Origin: an uncultured delta proteobacterium
GTDB lineage: Bacteria; Myxococcota; Kuafuiibacteriia; Kuafuiibacteriales; Kuafuiibacteriaceae
DNA: 64,000 bases
Assembly: GCA_963803435.1 (NCBI GenBank)
Contig: CAWDML010000001.1
Location: 3,219,111-3,283,110, forward strand
Direction: 5' to 3'
The notes beneath the pieces were generated by a model. It saw nothing but the letters and a program-made list of their open reading frames with translations, was not told where the DNA came from and ran no database searches. The position numbers and the translations under genes were made by a program. Of the stretch, positions 47,953 through 60,771 are shown piece by piece (within the stretch, counting starts at the first letter, position 1; every line of letters starts with the position of its first letter).

Positions 47953-50197
47953 CTAGATTGTCTCGCGGATCTTCCGGATGAGGTCGGCCTCCCGATAGGG
48001 CTTCTGGAGGAACGCGGAGTTGGGTCCGCGCGGAAGGCCGACCGGCTCCGCGAAGCCCGAGGTGTAGACGATCCGTAGCTTACCGCGATCGGCCCCGAGC
48101 TTCTCGGCGAGCTCGGTGCCGCTCATCCCGGGCATCACCAGATCCGTCACGAGCACGTCGATGGGGCCCGCGTGGCTCACGGCCAGCCGGAGCGCCTCGA
48201 GGCCGTCGTTCGCGGGCACCACCACGTATCCATTCTTGCTCAGCATACGCGTGCCCACCGCGCGGAGCACCGGATCATCCTCGGCGAAGAGGACGGTCCC
48301 TTCATCCTGCGCCGCGGTGGCCGGGGCCGATGGGAGCTCGCTCATTTGAGGGACCGCCCGAGGGAGCAGGACCTCGAACGTGGTGCCGCAGCCGGGCTCG
48401 CTCTCGAGCACCGCGATATGGCCGCCCGCCTGCTCGACGATTCGATAGACAGATCGCGAGCCCCAGCCCGTTTCCTTCGCCGACCTGCTTCGTGGTGAAG
48501 AACGGCTCGAAGATCCGGTCTCTCAGCTCGCTCGGAATGCCCGTGCCGGTGTCCCGCACGGTGAGTCGCACGTACTCTCCCGGCTTCAGAGCGACCGGGC
48601 TCGCGGCGTGCCCTGCGATGTGGACGTTGCTCGTCGTGATCGTCAACCGTCCTCCGTGCGGCATCGCGTCGCGCGCGTTGACGGCGAGGTTGGTGATCAC
48701 CTGCTCGATCTGGCTCGGATCGGCGTTGATGAGGCCCTGGTGCGAGTCGAGGAGGCACTCGAGGACGATCGACTCGCCGATGAGTAGACGAGCCAGATGC
48801 TCGAACTTTCGGATGAGCCCACCGAGCTCGAATGTCGCCGTCGCGCGCGGCTGCCGGCGAGCGAAGGCCAGGAGCTGGCCGGTCAGGTCGACGGCGTGGC
48901 TGCCCGCGGTCAGCACCGCGTCGAGATCCACGTGAGCTTCGCTGTCTGCGGGCAACTTCTCACGCGCGAAGTTGGTGCACGCCAGGATCACGCCCAGAAG
49001 GTTGTTGAAGTCGTGCGCGATGCCGCTGGCCAGGCGACCCATGCTCTCCATCCTCTGGACGAAGGTCAGCTGCTCCTCGAGGCGTCGCTGCGCGGTGATG
49101 TCGGCGGCGATGCCGGTGGCGCGAACCGCCTTTCCGCTCGCGTCCAGGATCGGGGTCGCTCGGTCGTGGACCCAGACGGTGGTGCCGTCCGGCCGGATGA
49201 CGCGATAGGTGGCCTCATAGCCTTGGCCCTGGATCAAGCCCGACAGTCGTTCGAGCAGGCGAGGGCGGTCCTCGGGGTGGATCGCCTCGAGGAACGCGAA
49301 AGGCTCCCGATCGAGCGAGGAGATGCTCCGCCCCCACAGCGCCTCGAAGGCCGGGCTCACGTAGAGTACCCGGCCGGTCTCGAGCTCGGTGAGCCAGAAG
49401 ACCTCCCGGATGGTCTCCGCGATCTGGCGGAAGCGCTCCTCACTCTCGCGAAGCGCGCGCTCGGCGGTCCGCTCGTCGGTGATGTCACGCAGCGCACCGA
49501 GCATCCGCGTGGCGCGACCGTCCGGAGCGCGCTCGACGTAGGCGCAGTCCTGCATGACTCCGATCCGCCCGTCGGCACGCAGGTACCTGTATTCGTCGCG
49601 ATAGATGGTGGCACCGCCGGTGAGGATCCCGTCGAGGGTCCGGAGCACGCGGGAGCGGTCGTCGGGATGGATGTGGTCGGCCCACTCGTCGAACGACGGT
49701 GTCGTCGTCGCGGGATCGCATCCCATCAGCTCGTAGTGGACGTCGTTCCACCAGACGTCGCCGGTGCGGATGTCCCACTCCCAGAACCCCTCGCGGGTGG
49801 CGCGCTCGAGCAGGCGATAACGCCACAGGCTCCGCGTGATCTGCTCCTCCTTCGTGAGGTCGACGAGCACGATCAAGGCCCGTCCGCCTCCCTGGGGCGA
49901 CATCGGATGCACGCGCACCTGCCACAGCCGGTCGCCGAGCCGCCGCCCCAATCCCAGGCTCAGCTCGGCGATTCGACCGGTGCGGCCCTCGATGATCGCC
50001 GCCGCCAGCAGCGGCTCGAGGCAGCCGAGCTCGGGCACCAGCTCGCAAAGCGGCGTGCCGGCGAGCGCTTCGGGCGCGCGCTGGAACATGCCGGGGATGG
50101 AAGCGTCCCCGCCGAGCCAGCGGCCCTCGGCGTCGACCTAGAGCACGAACACGGGTCCAGGGGAGGGCGCGGCGACGTCATGGCTTGCATCCTCCAT
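47953..50197 (-). CDS. Hybrid PAS histidine kinase, mirror copy (one frameshift near 48420, one internal TAG near 50139)
   Basis: ORFs 48302-50089 and 47953-48411 together give PAS-PAS-HisKA-HATPase-REC. Confidence 0.85.
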
Positions 50198-50389
50198 GCG
50201 TGTTCCTCGATGAGCCTTCGCGGCCCACCGCTCCTTAGGCATGCGCAAGCGGGACGGTCAATGCCGCACCGGTCGGTTGGGCGGGCGCGCGCCGGGACGT
50301 GGGGATTCCGGGCCTCAGGTCCGCATCGTATAGCTTCGTAGGGGCGAAGACTTGTCACGAATCCGGGGGGCCGACCGGGGGTCGCCTCC

Positions 50390-50617
50390 TCAGGTCCGAA
50401 GGCGTGAGGCGATGAACAGACCGGCGCAGACGCTGAGCACCCCGAGCACGCGGGAGAGACCCGGTCGCTCCAAGAAAGCCCCCGTCATCGTGCGCCAGCG
50501 CCGCGGCCCCTGGGACCCGAGCCCGAGATGACGCCTCGGCTCGACGGCGGTTAGCAAACCGTCGCCCACCATCGTCAGCGCGAGCAGCTCGATCGATCGC
50601 TTTCCCATGAGTTGCAT
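50390..50617 (-). CDS. Mirror of small membrane protein 41477-41704
   Basis: Reverse-complement match. Confidence 0.55.
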   Translation of the reverse strand: MQLMGKRSIELLALTMVGDGLLTAVEPRRHLGLGSQGPRRWRTMTGAFLERPGLSRVLGVLSVCAGLFIASRLRT

Positions 50618-50808
50618 GCCCCACTGGGGTGCACTGCGTGTGCCGGCGCTGGTGAGAGGGATGCGCGGTGCGAACTCCGTTCGCTCGAGGGCGAATGGAA
50701 CGTCCCCGGAATCGACAACGTCCTCCGGAACGACGCCGTGCTCAGGAGCGGGTGCCTTCGACGGACGAGAAATGGCCGTGACCGTGAAGCCTGCTCTCGA
50801 ACACGGAT

Positions 50809-51875
50809 TCAGACGGTTTGGCGTCCTCCCGCGCTCGCCTGCGCTGCACCGCCGGCGACCACGAGCGCGTCCTCCTGCAGGCGAACGCGGACCGACTCGC
50901 CGGCGGCGGGGACCCAATCCGCCGATGAATCCGAGAGAAGCGTCACGCCGGCCGCCTCGACCTCGACGCGCACCAGAGGAGCGAGGAAGGTGGAGCGGAC
51001 CACGCGGCCCTCGAAGCCGTCGCCCGCCGCAAAGATGGAGATGTGCTCGGGACGGATGAGCACGCGGATCGGTCCGGAGGGCAGCGAAAGAGGTCGATCG
51101 ACACCGCGCCGAACGACAGCGATAAGCGGCCCGCCGGCTCCACGCGACCCTCGAGCACGTTGACGGGACCGAAGAGGCGGGCGACGAGCTCGTCCCGAGG
51201 GCTCGGTAGACTCGCTCGGGAGGGCCCGCGTCGGCGATGCGGCCCGCGCGCATGGCGATGAGCTCGCGCCCGAGGAGCATCCCCTCAATCGGATCATGGG
51301 TCACGTAGACCGTGGTGATCCGGAGCTCGTGGAGGAGGCGCTCGATCTCCATCCGGAGCGTCTCGCGGAGCTCGGCGTCCAGCGCGGAGAGCGGCTCGTC
51401 CATCAACAGGACGCGCGGTGCGTGGGCAATCGCGCGGGCGAGCGCCACGCGTTGGCGTTCGCCGCCGGAGAGGGCGTCGACGCGGCGATCCTCGAGCGGG
51501 AGCAGCTGCATCTTCTCCAGGAGCTCGCGCGCGCGGGCCCGGCGCTCGTGCTTGCCGGTGCCTCGGACCCGGAGCGCGAGGACCAGTTCTCCCGTGCGCT
51601 CAGGTGGGGGAAGAGGGCGTAGCTCTGGAACACGAACCCGCAGCCCCCAATCCTCGGCGCGTACGCCGGCGAGGCGCTCGCCGTCGATGCGGAGCTCACC
51701 CTCGTCCGGGATCGAGCAGGCCCGCGATGGCGCGGAGCACGGTGGTCTTGCCGGATCCGCTGGGACCCCACAATCACCGGTGATCTCACCGTCGAGGAAA
51801 CGGTGGCTGGAATCGTCCACCGCGGAGACCGCGCCGAAGCGGGTCGTTCAGGCCCTCAATCTCGAGAAGCGCCAT
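50809..51875 (-). CDS. Mirror ABC ATPase, heavily frameshifted
   Basis: LSGGERQR and LLMDEP retained. Many indels and substitutions relative to 40224-41285. Confidence 0.75.
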
Positions 51876-51878
51876 CGC

Positions 51879-52708
51879 TCAGGCCCCCGTGCTTCGATGA
51901 AAGCGCGCGCCGCCCAGTGCCTGGATCGCGAGCAGGGCGGGCAGCACCGGGAGGAGGAAGATCACCGTGGCGGCCGCGGCCACCGGGAAGGAATTCGTCG
52001 TGTACGTGGCGAAGAGCGCCGCGGGGAACGTCTGCACCCGCGGCGTCGTGAGGAGATAGCTCGCGTTGAACTCGCCCCAGGAGACCGTGAAGACGAGGAG
52101 CGCCGCGAGCGTGATCGACGGGCGGAGCAGCGGGAGCAGGATGCGCCGGGCGACGACCGCGGAGGACGCGCCGAGCGTCCTCCCCGCCGCGCTCAGGTCC
52201 GGATCGATCGTCGCGAGCGCGTGGCGCACCGTGCGGATCACGAGCGGCACGGTGTAAGCCAGGTGCCCCGCGGCGAGCAGGCCGAAGCGCGGAACGCTCC
52301 CCGAGGAGAGGAGGAGCGCGACGGAGAGCGCGATCCCGGGCACGGAGAGAACCGAGAGCACGGCCGACTCGAGGAGCGCCGAGCCCGGGAACGGGCGGCG
52401 CTCGAAGGCGATCGCCGCGGGCACGCCGATCAGGAGCGCGAGCGGCACGACCAGGGCGACGAGGCGCGCCGAGAGGAGGAGCGCCGAGCCCCAGACGGTC
52501 CAGACGTAGTGGAAGAGGGCGCCCGTCGTCGCGACCGCGGCGCCCTCCGAGCGCGCCCCGTACCACTCCGAGTGCGAGAAGGCGCCCCACCCGTGACGAG
52601 GAGCGGCGACACGAGCAGGAGCGCGAGCGAGAGCGTGAACGCGCGCGCCGCGATCCGCGCGGGGCCTGCGGACACCGTCGCGCGCGGCGACGCCGGGTCG
52701 CGACTCAA
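51879..52708 (-). CDS. ABC permease, divergent homolog of 39432-40220 (one frameshift near 52590)
   Basis: SAAGRTLGAS loop, SWGEFN. Different N-terminus MSRDPASPRA. Confidence 0.8.
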
Positions 52709-53538
52709 TCGCGGCCCCTCGCGAGGAGTCGATCGACCCCGATGGTCGCGGTCGCGAGGAGGAGGCAGAGGACGCCGGCGACGGCGTCGTTCCCGAAACC
52801 GGTGAGCTCGGTGTAGACCTCGAGGGGCGCCACCGTGAATCGGCGCGCCAGGATCAACGCGACGCCGAACGAGCCCATCGAGGCCGAGAACGTGATCGCG
52901 AGCGTGGAGCGGATGGCGGGGGCGAGCATCGGGACCGCGATCCGCACGAGCCTCGACCAGGGGCCGGCGCCGAGCGAGCGCGCCGCGCGGTCCACGTCGC
53001 GCGGAAATCGGCGCAGCGCCGCCTCCAACGCGAGCGTCGCGCGCGGCACCTCGAAGTAGAGGTACGCGAGGAAGAGCCCGAAGAGCGTGTACGCGGCTCC
53101 CGCGCCGATCGGGACGCCCAGCGCGAGGCGCGCCAGCGTCGGCACGAGCCCGACCCGCCCCAGCATCACCAACGTCAGGAACCCCACCATCACGCCGGAG
53201 AACGTGAGCGGAAGGAGGAGGAGCGTGCGCGCGACGCGTCGGCCCGGGAAGTCGTCCCGCGCGAGGACCCAGGCGGGGACCGCGGCCAGGAGGAGCGACC
53301 CGAGCGCCGCGGCCGCCGAGAGGAGCACCGAGTTCGCGAGCGCGCGGCGATACCGATCGGTCTCGAACACGGCCCGGAGCGCGCCGGCGCCGTCCTTACC
53401 GACGGACGCGAAGAGCACGTCCCCCAGGGGCCAGAGGACGGCCGCGCCGAAGAAGAGGAGGAGCGGGAGCGCGAGGAGGAGGCCGCTCTCCGCGCCGGCG
53501 GGCTCCGCCGGACGCCGAGCGTTCATCCCGACGCCCAC
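52705..53538 (-). CDS. ABC permease, divergent homolog of 38552-39439
   Basis: RAARSLGAG loop, YLYFEVPRA shared with the left copy, many substitutions elsewhere. Confidence 0.85.
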   Translation of the reverse strand: MGVGMNARRPAEPAGAESGLLLALPLLLFFGAAVLWPLGDVLFASVGKDGAGALRAVFETDRYRRALANSVLLSAAAALGSLLLAAVPAWVLARDDFPGRRVARTLLLLPLTFSGVMVGFLTLVMLGRVGLVPTLARLALGVPIGAGAAYTLFGLFLAYLYFEVPRATLALEAALRRFPRDVDRAARSLGAGPWSRLVRIAVPMLAPAIRSTLAITFSASMGSFGVALILARRFTVAPLEVYTELTGFGNDAVAGVLCLLLATATIGVDRLLARGRD

Positions 53539-53551
53539 CGCACCGGTGCCC

Positions 53552-54543
53552 TCACCGCGACCCGCGCACCGTGTCGAGCCACGCCCGCTTGAGGCTCTCG
53601 GCGGCCGCGGCCATCGCCTCGAGGTCGAGGGATCGCGCGCGCGCGTAGTCCGCCGGCGGAAGGAACTTCGAAGCGAGCGCGGCGGACAGCGCGCCGGGGA
53701 TCACCGGACGAAAGAATGCTTTCGCGAACTCGGCCTGGGCGGGCTTCGTCAGCAGCCAGTCGAAGTAGCGGCGCGTCGCCTCGGGGTGCGGCGCGCCCTT
53801 CGCCATTCCCATCACGAGCGGCATCGTGAAGGTCCCCTCCCCGGGAATCACGACCTCGACCGGAGCGCCGTCCACGTACTTCATCTTGTATCCGTTCCCA
53901 TCCGCGTTGATCCAGATCGGAATCTCTCCACGCAAGACCGCGTTGTAGATCGACTCGCGCGGATACGTCGCCACGTTCGCGTCGAGGCGCTTCAGGTAGT
54001 CGAGGCCCGGTCCGAAGCGCGTCGCGTCTCCGCCGCGAAGCGCGTTGATCCCGTACACGAACGTGTACGAGGTCCCCCCCACGTCGGATCGTCGTAGGCG
54101 ATCATCCCTCGGTACTCGGGCTTCAGGAGATCCTCCCAGGAGCGGGGCACGGGCTTCCCGCCGAGCGCGCGGGTGTTCACGATCAGCGCGATCGTCGCCG
54201 TGTGGACCGTCCACCAGAGCCCGTCCGGGTCCTTGAGATCGTCCGGGATCTCCGCCCAACCCCGGGGCCGATACGCCTGGTGGAGCCCCCGGGCCGCCGC
54301 CTCGTATCCGATCGCCGCCGAGTAGTACGCGCAGTCGGCCACGGGATGATCGCGCTCCTTCTCGAGGGCGGCCATCGCGATCGACGAGCCCTTGGGATCG
54401 GGCGGGATCGTGACCCCGGCGATCTTCTTGTAGAGCGCGGTCACGCCGCCCCAGTTCGCGTAGTTCGGAATGCAGTCGTACTGGACGACAACCTTGTCGG
54501 CGCCGATCAGCGAGAAGAGCGTAGCTCCGAGCAGCAGCATCAT
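53552..54543 (-). CDS. ABC substrate-binding protein, divergent homolog of 37582-38577 (frameshift in a C run near 54075)
   Basis: First ~25 codons identical to the left copy, then roughly one residue in four differs (by-eye alignment). Confidence 0.85.
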
Positions 54544-54561
54544 GGTGTGACTCCTTCGATC

Positions 54562-55808
54562 TCAGTAGGAATAGAGGGCGACGAAGCTCAGCGAGCGATC
54601 GTACGGCTGGTACGAGGAATCGGTCCTCGGATCCTTCCGCTGCCACTCGTCGTACTCGAGGAGCAACGACAGCCCGCCACCGACGGCATAGGTGACGCCG
54701 GGCTGGAGGATCAGCTCGCTGATCCCTGGGTTGAGGTGGTAGTGCACCCAGCTCGCGTTGAAGCGCAGCTGCACGGGGCCGAGGGCGGCACGGGCGCCGG
54801 CGAGGACGTAATCGGCGGCGCGCGTGGCCGGGGCCCACTGCCGGAGGTACTCGCCGTACGCGAGGATCGGACCGAGCCGCGCGGTGAGGTCGACCGCGGC
54901 GTGGTCGACGCGGGCGCGGTCGTCGATGAGGTCGATGGCGGAGGCACGATCGATCTCCGCGGTGGAGCCCGACACGCCGAGCGTGACGCCGAAGCTCTCG
55001 CTCGGATGCAGGTCGCCGGCGACGCGGAGCACCACCGCGTTGCGGAACGCCGCCGCCCGATTCCCCGCCGAGTCGAGCTGCCCCTCCGGGTTGGGGCTGT
55101 ACGCGCGCGCCGCCGCCGAGTCGTTCATGGGCGGCGCGTCGCCGAGCGTGCGCGCGTAGTCGAGCCCGCCGTTGATGCCGTCGGACTGGAGAAAGAACTG
55201 GGCGTCGTAGGCGATGGCGAAGAGGCTGGTCACCTCGTCCTGGCCCTCCGCCGCCACGCCGTAGTCGGGGTTGAGCTTCAGCCCGTCGAAGTACTGGATG
55301 TTTCCGAAGAACGAATCGTCCCAGAAGATGCCCTCGTCTCGATAGATCTTGCCGATCTTCGCCTTCAGATAGGGGCCGGGCGTGAAGTACGCGTAGATCT
55401 CCTGGAACCAGAGGTTCGAGGTGAAGAACCCGCGCAGATAGGCGTTGTTGGCGCCGGGCACCGCGTGGCCGCCGTGGCCGGAATCCGGATCTCGGCGTGC
55501 CCGCCGAAGCCTTCAATCTCGCTGTCGAGCTTCAGGTAGGCCGCGTAGACCTGGAAGGTGCCGTCCAGGCTGCCGCCGGCGAGCGTGCTCCCTCGGTCGA
55601 CGGGCTGGTAGTAGAACAGATAGACGCCGGCGCCGAATCCGAACGGCAGTCGGGACTTCAGCTGGCGGAACTCGTCGTAGAGCCGCGTGAGCGTGCCGTC
55701 GTCCCCGGAGGGAGCGACAGTGCCCGTCGTGGTCTCGAGATCGGGCGTGGTGGCTGGAATCGACAGCGAGCAAATCGCCGCCGCGCCGAAAAGGAGCGCG
55801 GGTGCCAT
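54562..55808 (-). CDS. Mirror porin (frameshift near 55470)
   Basis: Reverse-complement match to 36319-37563. Confidence 0.75.
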
Positions 55809-55854
55809 GTGAGGACATCCTCCTCAATCCGAAGATCGGTCTCTCGGAATACGA

Positions 55855-56597
55855 CTAGAGCGGAGGAGGCCGTGGAGAGGCGCGGCCCAGCGGGAGGCCG
55901 GGCGGCGGCGGCTGCGCAGTCGTGCGGGCGTCGACCGCGGGGGAGGGACGGGCCGGCGCAGCGGGCGCCCCGAAGAAGCGACGGACGATCGCCTCCAGCG
56001 TGGGCCTAAGCCGCCGAACATCGGTGCGGCGGTCGATGTCGCTGCGGACGGCCAAGGTGCGAACCGCATGCCCTGCGCGCCCGGCGCGGGCGATGAGCGT
56101 GCGGGTGAGGCTCCGGGGTGCACCAGGGCAGGCCGTCGAGGATCGACCTCGCCAATCGATCAAGCGCGATCAGATACGCGCCGCCGTCGGCGGCGGGACC
56201 GACCACCATCCGATCGAGGGGGCTGTCGATCGCCGCCGTCAGATCGGACGCCTCGAGTCCCGGCGTGTCGGGAGCCGATCGCCACAATCCGCTCGAATCC
56301 GAGGGCGAGCGCTCGGTCCACGGCGCCGAGGAAGCGCGCCTCGAAGCCGTTGCCCTCCTGCGTGACGACGGCGACCGCGCGGGCGCCGAGCATCCGCAGC
56401 GCCCGCGCCGGTGGCGTCTCCTCGCTGGCGATCACCACCGGGACGTCTCGCGGCAGCGTGCTCAGGACGTCGATCGCCTGGAGGAAGAGACCGTCCGCGA
56501 CCGAGCGTGCCGACGATGGATCGAGCCCGAGCCGCTTGTTGCGCTCGTAGCGGGCGCTCGCGAACAGCAGGACGGCGGTTGAGCGAGCACCGGGCAT
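55855..56597 (-). CDS. Mirror DUF2064 protein (frameshifted)
   Basis: Reverse-complement match to 35531-36271. Confidence 0.75.
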
Positions 56598-56889
56598 CGA
56601 GCGCGAGCCGCTCTTATCTCGATATGGCTCGCAGAGCAACGACGCGAGGTGCGGTGCGCCTCCCGTCGCTCAGGGCTCGAGCGGGCGGGCGACCAAGGCG
56701 CGCTGCTCGAGCAGGCGACGCTCGAGCTCGAGCGTGCGGTCGACGACCCAACGGTGATCGGCGCGGTGGGCGGCCATGCGGGCGCGAACATCGGCCCGAC
56801 GGCAGCAACAGTCAGGCCAGGCGGCTGTGACCTCCAGCGCGCACCGGAGGTCGACGCGGGCCGCCGGGGTGCGCGATGATGGGCGCGCT

Positions 56890-58007
56890 GTGCTCCGCGC
56901 CGTCCCATGCTGATCGCGATCGGCACGCTCGCCGGCTGCGGGAAGTCGAGCTTCGAGTGGAACCTGCCGGCGGGGTTCCCGGAGCCGGAGGTGCCGAGCG
57001 ACAATCCGATCACGACCGAGAAGGTGGAGCTCGGCCGGCATCTCTTCTTCGACGAGCGCCTCTCCTTCAACGGCACCACCGCGTGCGCCACCTGCCACGA
57101 TCCGGCTCGCGCGTTCAGCGACGGGAAGTCGCTCCCGACCGGCGCGAGCGGCGACCAGGTCCCCCGCAACGCGATGAGCCTGTCGAACCTTGCCTATTAC
57201 TCGAGCTACACCTGGGCCGATCCGGACGTCACCACGCTCGAGGCGCAGGCGCGCGGCCCGATGTTCAACGAGCATCCGGTCGAGCTCGGCACATCGATCG
57301 ACACGGAGCAGATCCTCGATCGCTTCCGCAGTGACGATCTGTACCGGGACCTCTTCGCGGAGGCGTTCCCTGAGGTGCCAGCGTCGGATCGCGTCACGGT
57401 CGCGACGGTGGTCCAGGCGATCGCGACCTTCGAGCGCACTCTGATCTCCAGCAACTCGCCGTGGGATCGATTCTCGAGGGGCGAGCCGGCGCTCTCCGAG
57501 GCGCAGCTTCGGGGCCTGACCCTCTTCTTCGACGAGGCGCTCCAGTGCCACGACTGCCACACCGGGCTCAACTTCACCGACGCTGCGGATCCGAACGTGG
57601 CCGAGGAGGAGTTCCGCAACACGGGCCTCTACAACGTCGGCGGCACGGGCGCCTATCCGAGCTCGAACACCGGCCTCTACGAGCACACGATGCGCCCGGA
57701 GGACATGGGTCGCTTCCGCGTCCCGACGCTGCGCAACGTCGCCGTCACCGCCCCCTACATGCACGACGGGAGCGTCGACACGCTCGAGGAGGTGATCGAC
57801 CTGTACGCGCGGGGCGGCCGGCGGGTCGAGGACGGACCGTTCGCCGGGGACGGCGCCGAGTCCCCGTACCGGAGCCCGTTCATCCACGGCTTCGAGATCT
57901 CGGAGTCGGAGCGGTCCGATCTGGTCGCGTTCCTGAAGGCGCTCACCGACGACGATTTCCTCTCCGATCCGCGTCACGGGCGTCCGAAGGACCTCGAGGC
58001 GCGCTGA
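56890..58007 (+). CDS. Mirror MbnH-type di-heme enzyme
   Basis: CATCH/CHDCH. 1-bp deletion near 56911. Confidence 0.8.
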
Positions 58008-58070
58008 GCTCTGGGTCGAGGATCGCGGAACGTGTCCCAATCCTGAGGCAGCGTGTTAGCGTCGGGCGCG

Positions 58071-59434
58071 ATGCCGGGGGTCCGCCTCGTCATGGTCGTG
58101 ATCGCGACCATGATCTCGGGATGCGGCTTGGAGCAGACGCTCTCGATCGAGCTCCCCGATCTCGCGGGTGTCGAGTCGATGATCGTGTCCGTCGAGCAGT
58201 CGGGGGCGCTGTATGTCTATGCGGAGGACCTCCGCGCCGGAGCTCCGCTGACGGTCGCGCGCGCGCTCCCGCCCCGGGCCGACGCCCGGATCGACATGCT
58301 GGCCTACTCCGTTCCGCTCGAGGAGATGGAGATCTCGCCCGGCCAGCTGAGGCCGGTGGAGAGCGACCCGCGCCGGGCGCTGCCGACACCCCTCTTCCAC
58401 TTCGTCTCCCACGTGGAGCGCGGCGTGGTGGGCGGCGCGGCGCCCGGCGAGCCGGACGACGCGCTCGCCTCCTTTCGGATCGCAGGCACCGAACCGCCTC
58501 CCCCACCTCTTGCTTCCAGCTCACGGCGGATCCGATCGATCTGCTGGAGCAGGGCGAGGAGTCCGGTTTCGAGGGCTTCGCGTTGGCGTTGAGCGCGACA
58601 GTGGCGCTCGTCGGCACCCCGAGTGCCGAGCTGTTCGAGGTGACGCTCGATGGCGCCCAGCGTGTCGCCGTCCAGCCGGCGGGCGTCGCGATCTCCGCCG
58701 GTGCCGTGGATCAGAGCGGCCGCCTCTGGTTCGGCGACCGGCAAGGATCGCTGTGGCGCGGCGTGCTGCGAGGCGCGCTGAGCCTCGAGCTCGTCGCGAC
58801 CAGCACGATGGGTGGGATCGATGTCCTCGCCGTGGGCGAGCTCGCAGGTGGGGAGGTCGAGGCCTTCGCTGTGGTCAGGCCGGGCACATTGATCCGGTTC
58901 GACGGCAGCGCTTGGGCAGGCCTCCACGACATGTGCCGCACTGAGCTCTGCACTGACAAATACGGTTATCGGCTGCAGCGGCTCGGTCCGGGCGAGGCCG
59001 TGGCGATGCGCTTCAAGGCGGTGAAGATGGTGCATCATAGGGAGGGGCGGACGATCGAGCTCGCGATTCCGCACACGGATCCGTCCTCGCTTCATGCGCG
59101 CTGCCTCGAGAACGTCGCTGGCTTCGGCATTGCGGTCGGCATCGAAGGCCAGGTCCTGAGGTTCGATCCCGCCGCCGACGCCTGGCAGGACGAGCTGGTT
59201 GTGCTCCCCGGATTCGACGTCTACTCGGTCGCGTCGTTTCGAGGTGCATTCGTCCTGGGAGGCGACGCGGGCGCGGTCACCTCGTTCGTCGACGGGGTGG
59301 CCTGTCCGAGCCAGTTCGTCGCGGGTGGATCGGTGATCCGCTTGCTGCCGCTCGCGGGCGCGCTGCTCGCCGTTGGTGAGCCGGCCCAGGGCGGTTCCAA
59401 CATCGTCCCGCTTACAGTTCTGCACGCGTTTTGA
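58071..59434 (+). CDS. Mirror lipoprotein (frameshift in a C run near 58500)
   Basis: Reverse-complement match to 32693-34056. Confidence 0.7.
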
Positions 59435-59446
59435 TAGTCTTCGTCG

Positions 59447-60765
59447 GTGGTCGAGCCGACGACCGTCCCTCACGGCTCACGCAGCTTTCCCGTTCAAGGC
59501 ATCCGTGTCGAGGTCACGCGCGGTCCAGACACCGGACGCGTCTGCCTCGCGACCTCCGGTACGATCAGCGTCGGCACAGCCGATGGCAACGATCTGGTCC
59601 TCACCGACGAGACCGTCTCCCGCTACCACCTCGAGCTCAGTCATCGCGGCGATCGAATCTCGGTCGTGGATCACGGCTCGACCAATGGGACCATCTCAGG
59701 CTCGGTCGCGATCAGCTCCGCGACGGTCGCGCCCGGTACCGCACTGAGCCTCGGCCGCACCTCGATCCGGGTCGAAGACTCTGCGATCCTGGAGCTCGAG
59801 GTTCACGACCAGGATCAGCTGGCGGATCTTCGCGGGCGCTCGCCGGTGATGCTCGCGCTCATGGCCCAGGTGAAGCGTGCCGCCCGATCGGACGCGTCGA
59901 TCCTGCTCCTCGGCGAGACTGGATCGGGCAAGGAGGTGGTGGCGCGCGCCATCCACGAGTCCAGCCCGCGCGCAGCGAAGCCGTTCGAGACGGTCGATTG
60001 CGGGGCGCTCGCCCCCACGCTGATCGCCTCCGAGCTCTTCGGGCACGAGCGCGGCGCCTTCACCGGTGCCGAGCAGCAGCATGCCGGCGCCTTCGAGCGC
60101 GCCCAGGGAGGGACGCTGTTCCTCGACGAGATCGGCGAGCTGCCGGCTCCGCTCCAGGCGACGCTGCTGGGGGCGCTCGAGCGCCGCAGCTTTCGGCGGC
60201 TCGGAGGCACGCATCCGATCGACGTCGACGTGCGCGTAGTCTGCGCCACGAATCGTGATCTCCGGGCAGAGGTCAACCAAGGCACGTTCCGACAGGACCT
60301 GTACTACCGGATCGCGGTGGTCCTCCTGCGCATCCCGCCGCTGCGCGAGCGCGCGGAGGACATCCCGTTGTTGATCGAGCACTTCCTGCGGGAGGCGGGC
60401 GGCTCGGGCGGCATCGACGAGCTTTTCCCGCCCAGCGCGAGGGAAGGGCTGGCCCAACATCGCTGGCCGGGCAACGTCCGCGAGCTCCGCAACTTCGTGG
60501 AGGCGGCGCTCGCGATGGGCGTGGTACCCGTCTCGACCCGGGCAGCGAGCCCGCCGGCGGTCGCGGGTTTCCGTCGGTCCCTGCGGAGGACCTGGTGAAG
60601 ATGAGCTTCAAGCGGGCGCGCGCCCTCTTGCTCGACGAGTTCGAGCGGACCTACCTCGAGGCTCTGCTCGAGCGTTGCCGGGACAACGTATCGGAGGCGG
60701 CGCGGGTGTCCGAGATCCACCGCTCGTACTTCAATCGAATGCTGCGCCGCCACGGCTTTCGGTGA
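59447..60765 (+). CDS. Mirror FHA sigma-54 activator (frameshift near 60529)
   Basis: GAFTGA etc. Confidence 0.85.
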
Positions 60766-60771
60766 CGGCCG

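Noticed and set aside
50138-50141. Extra CTAG / internal stop in the mirror histidine kinase as an IS excision footprint
   Set aside because: It is a single substitution relative to the left arm (CTCGAG vs CTCTAG) with no 4-bp insertion.
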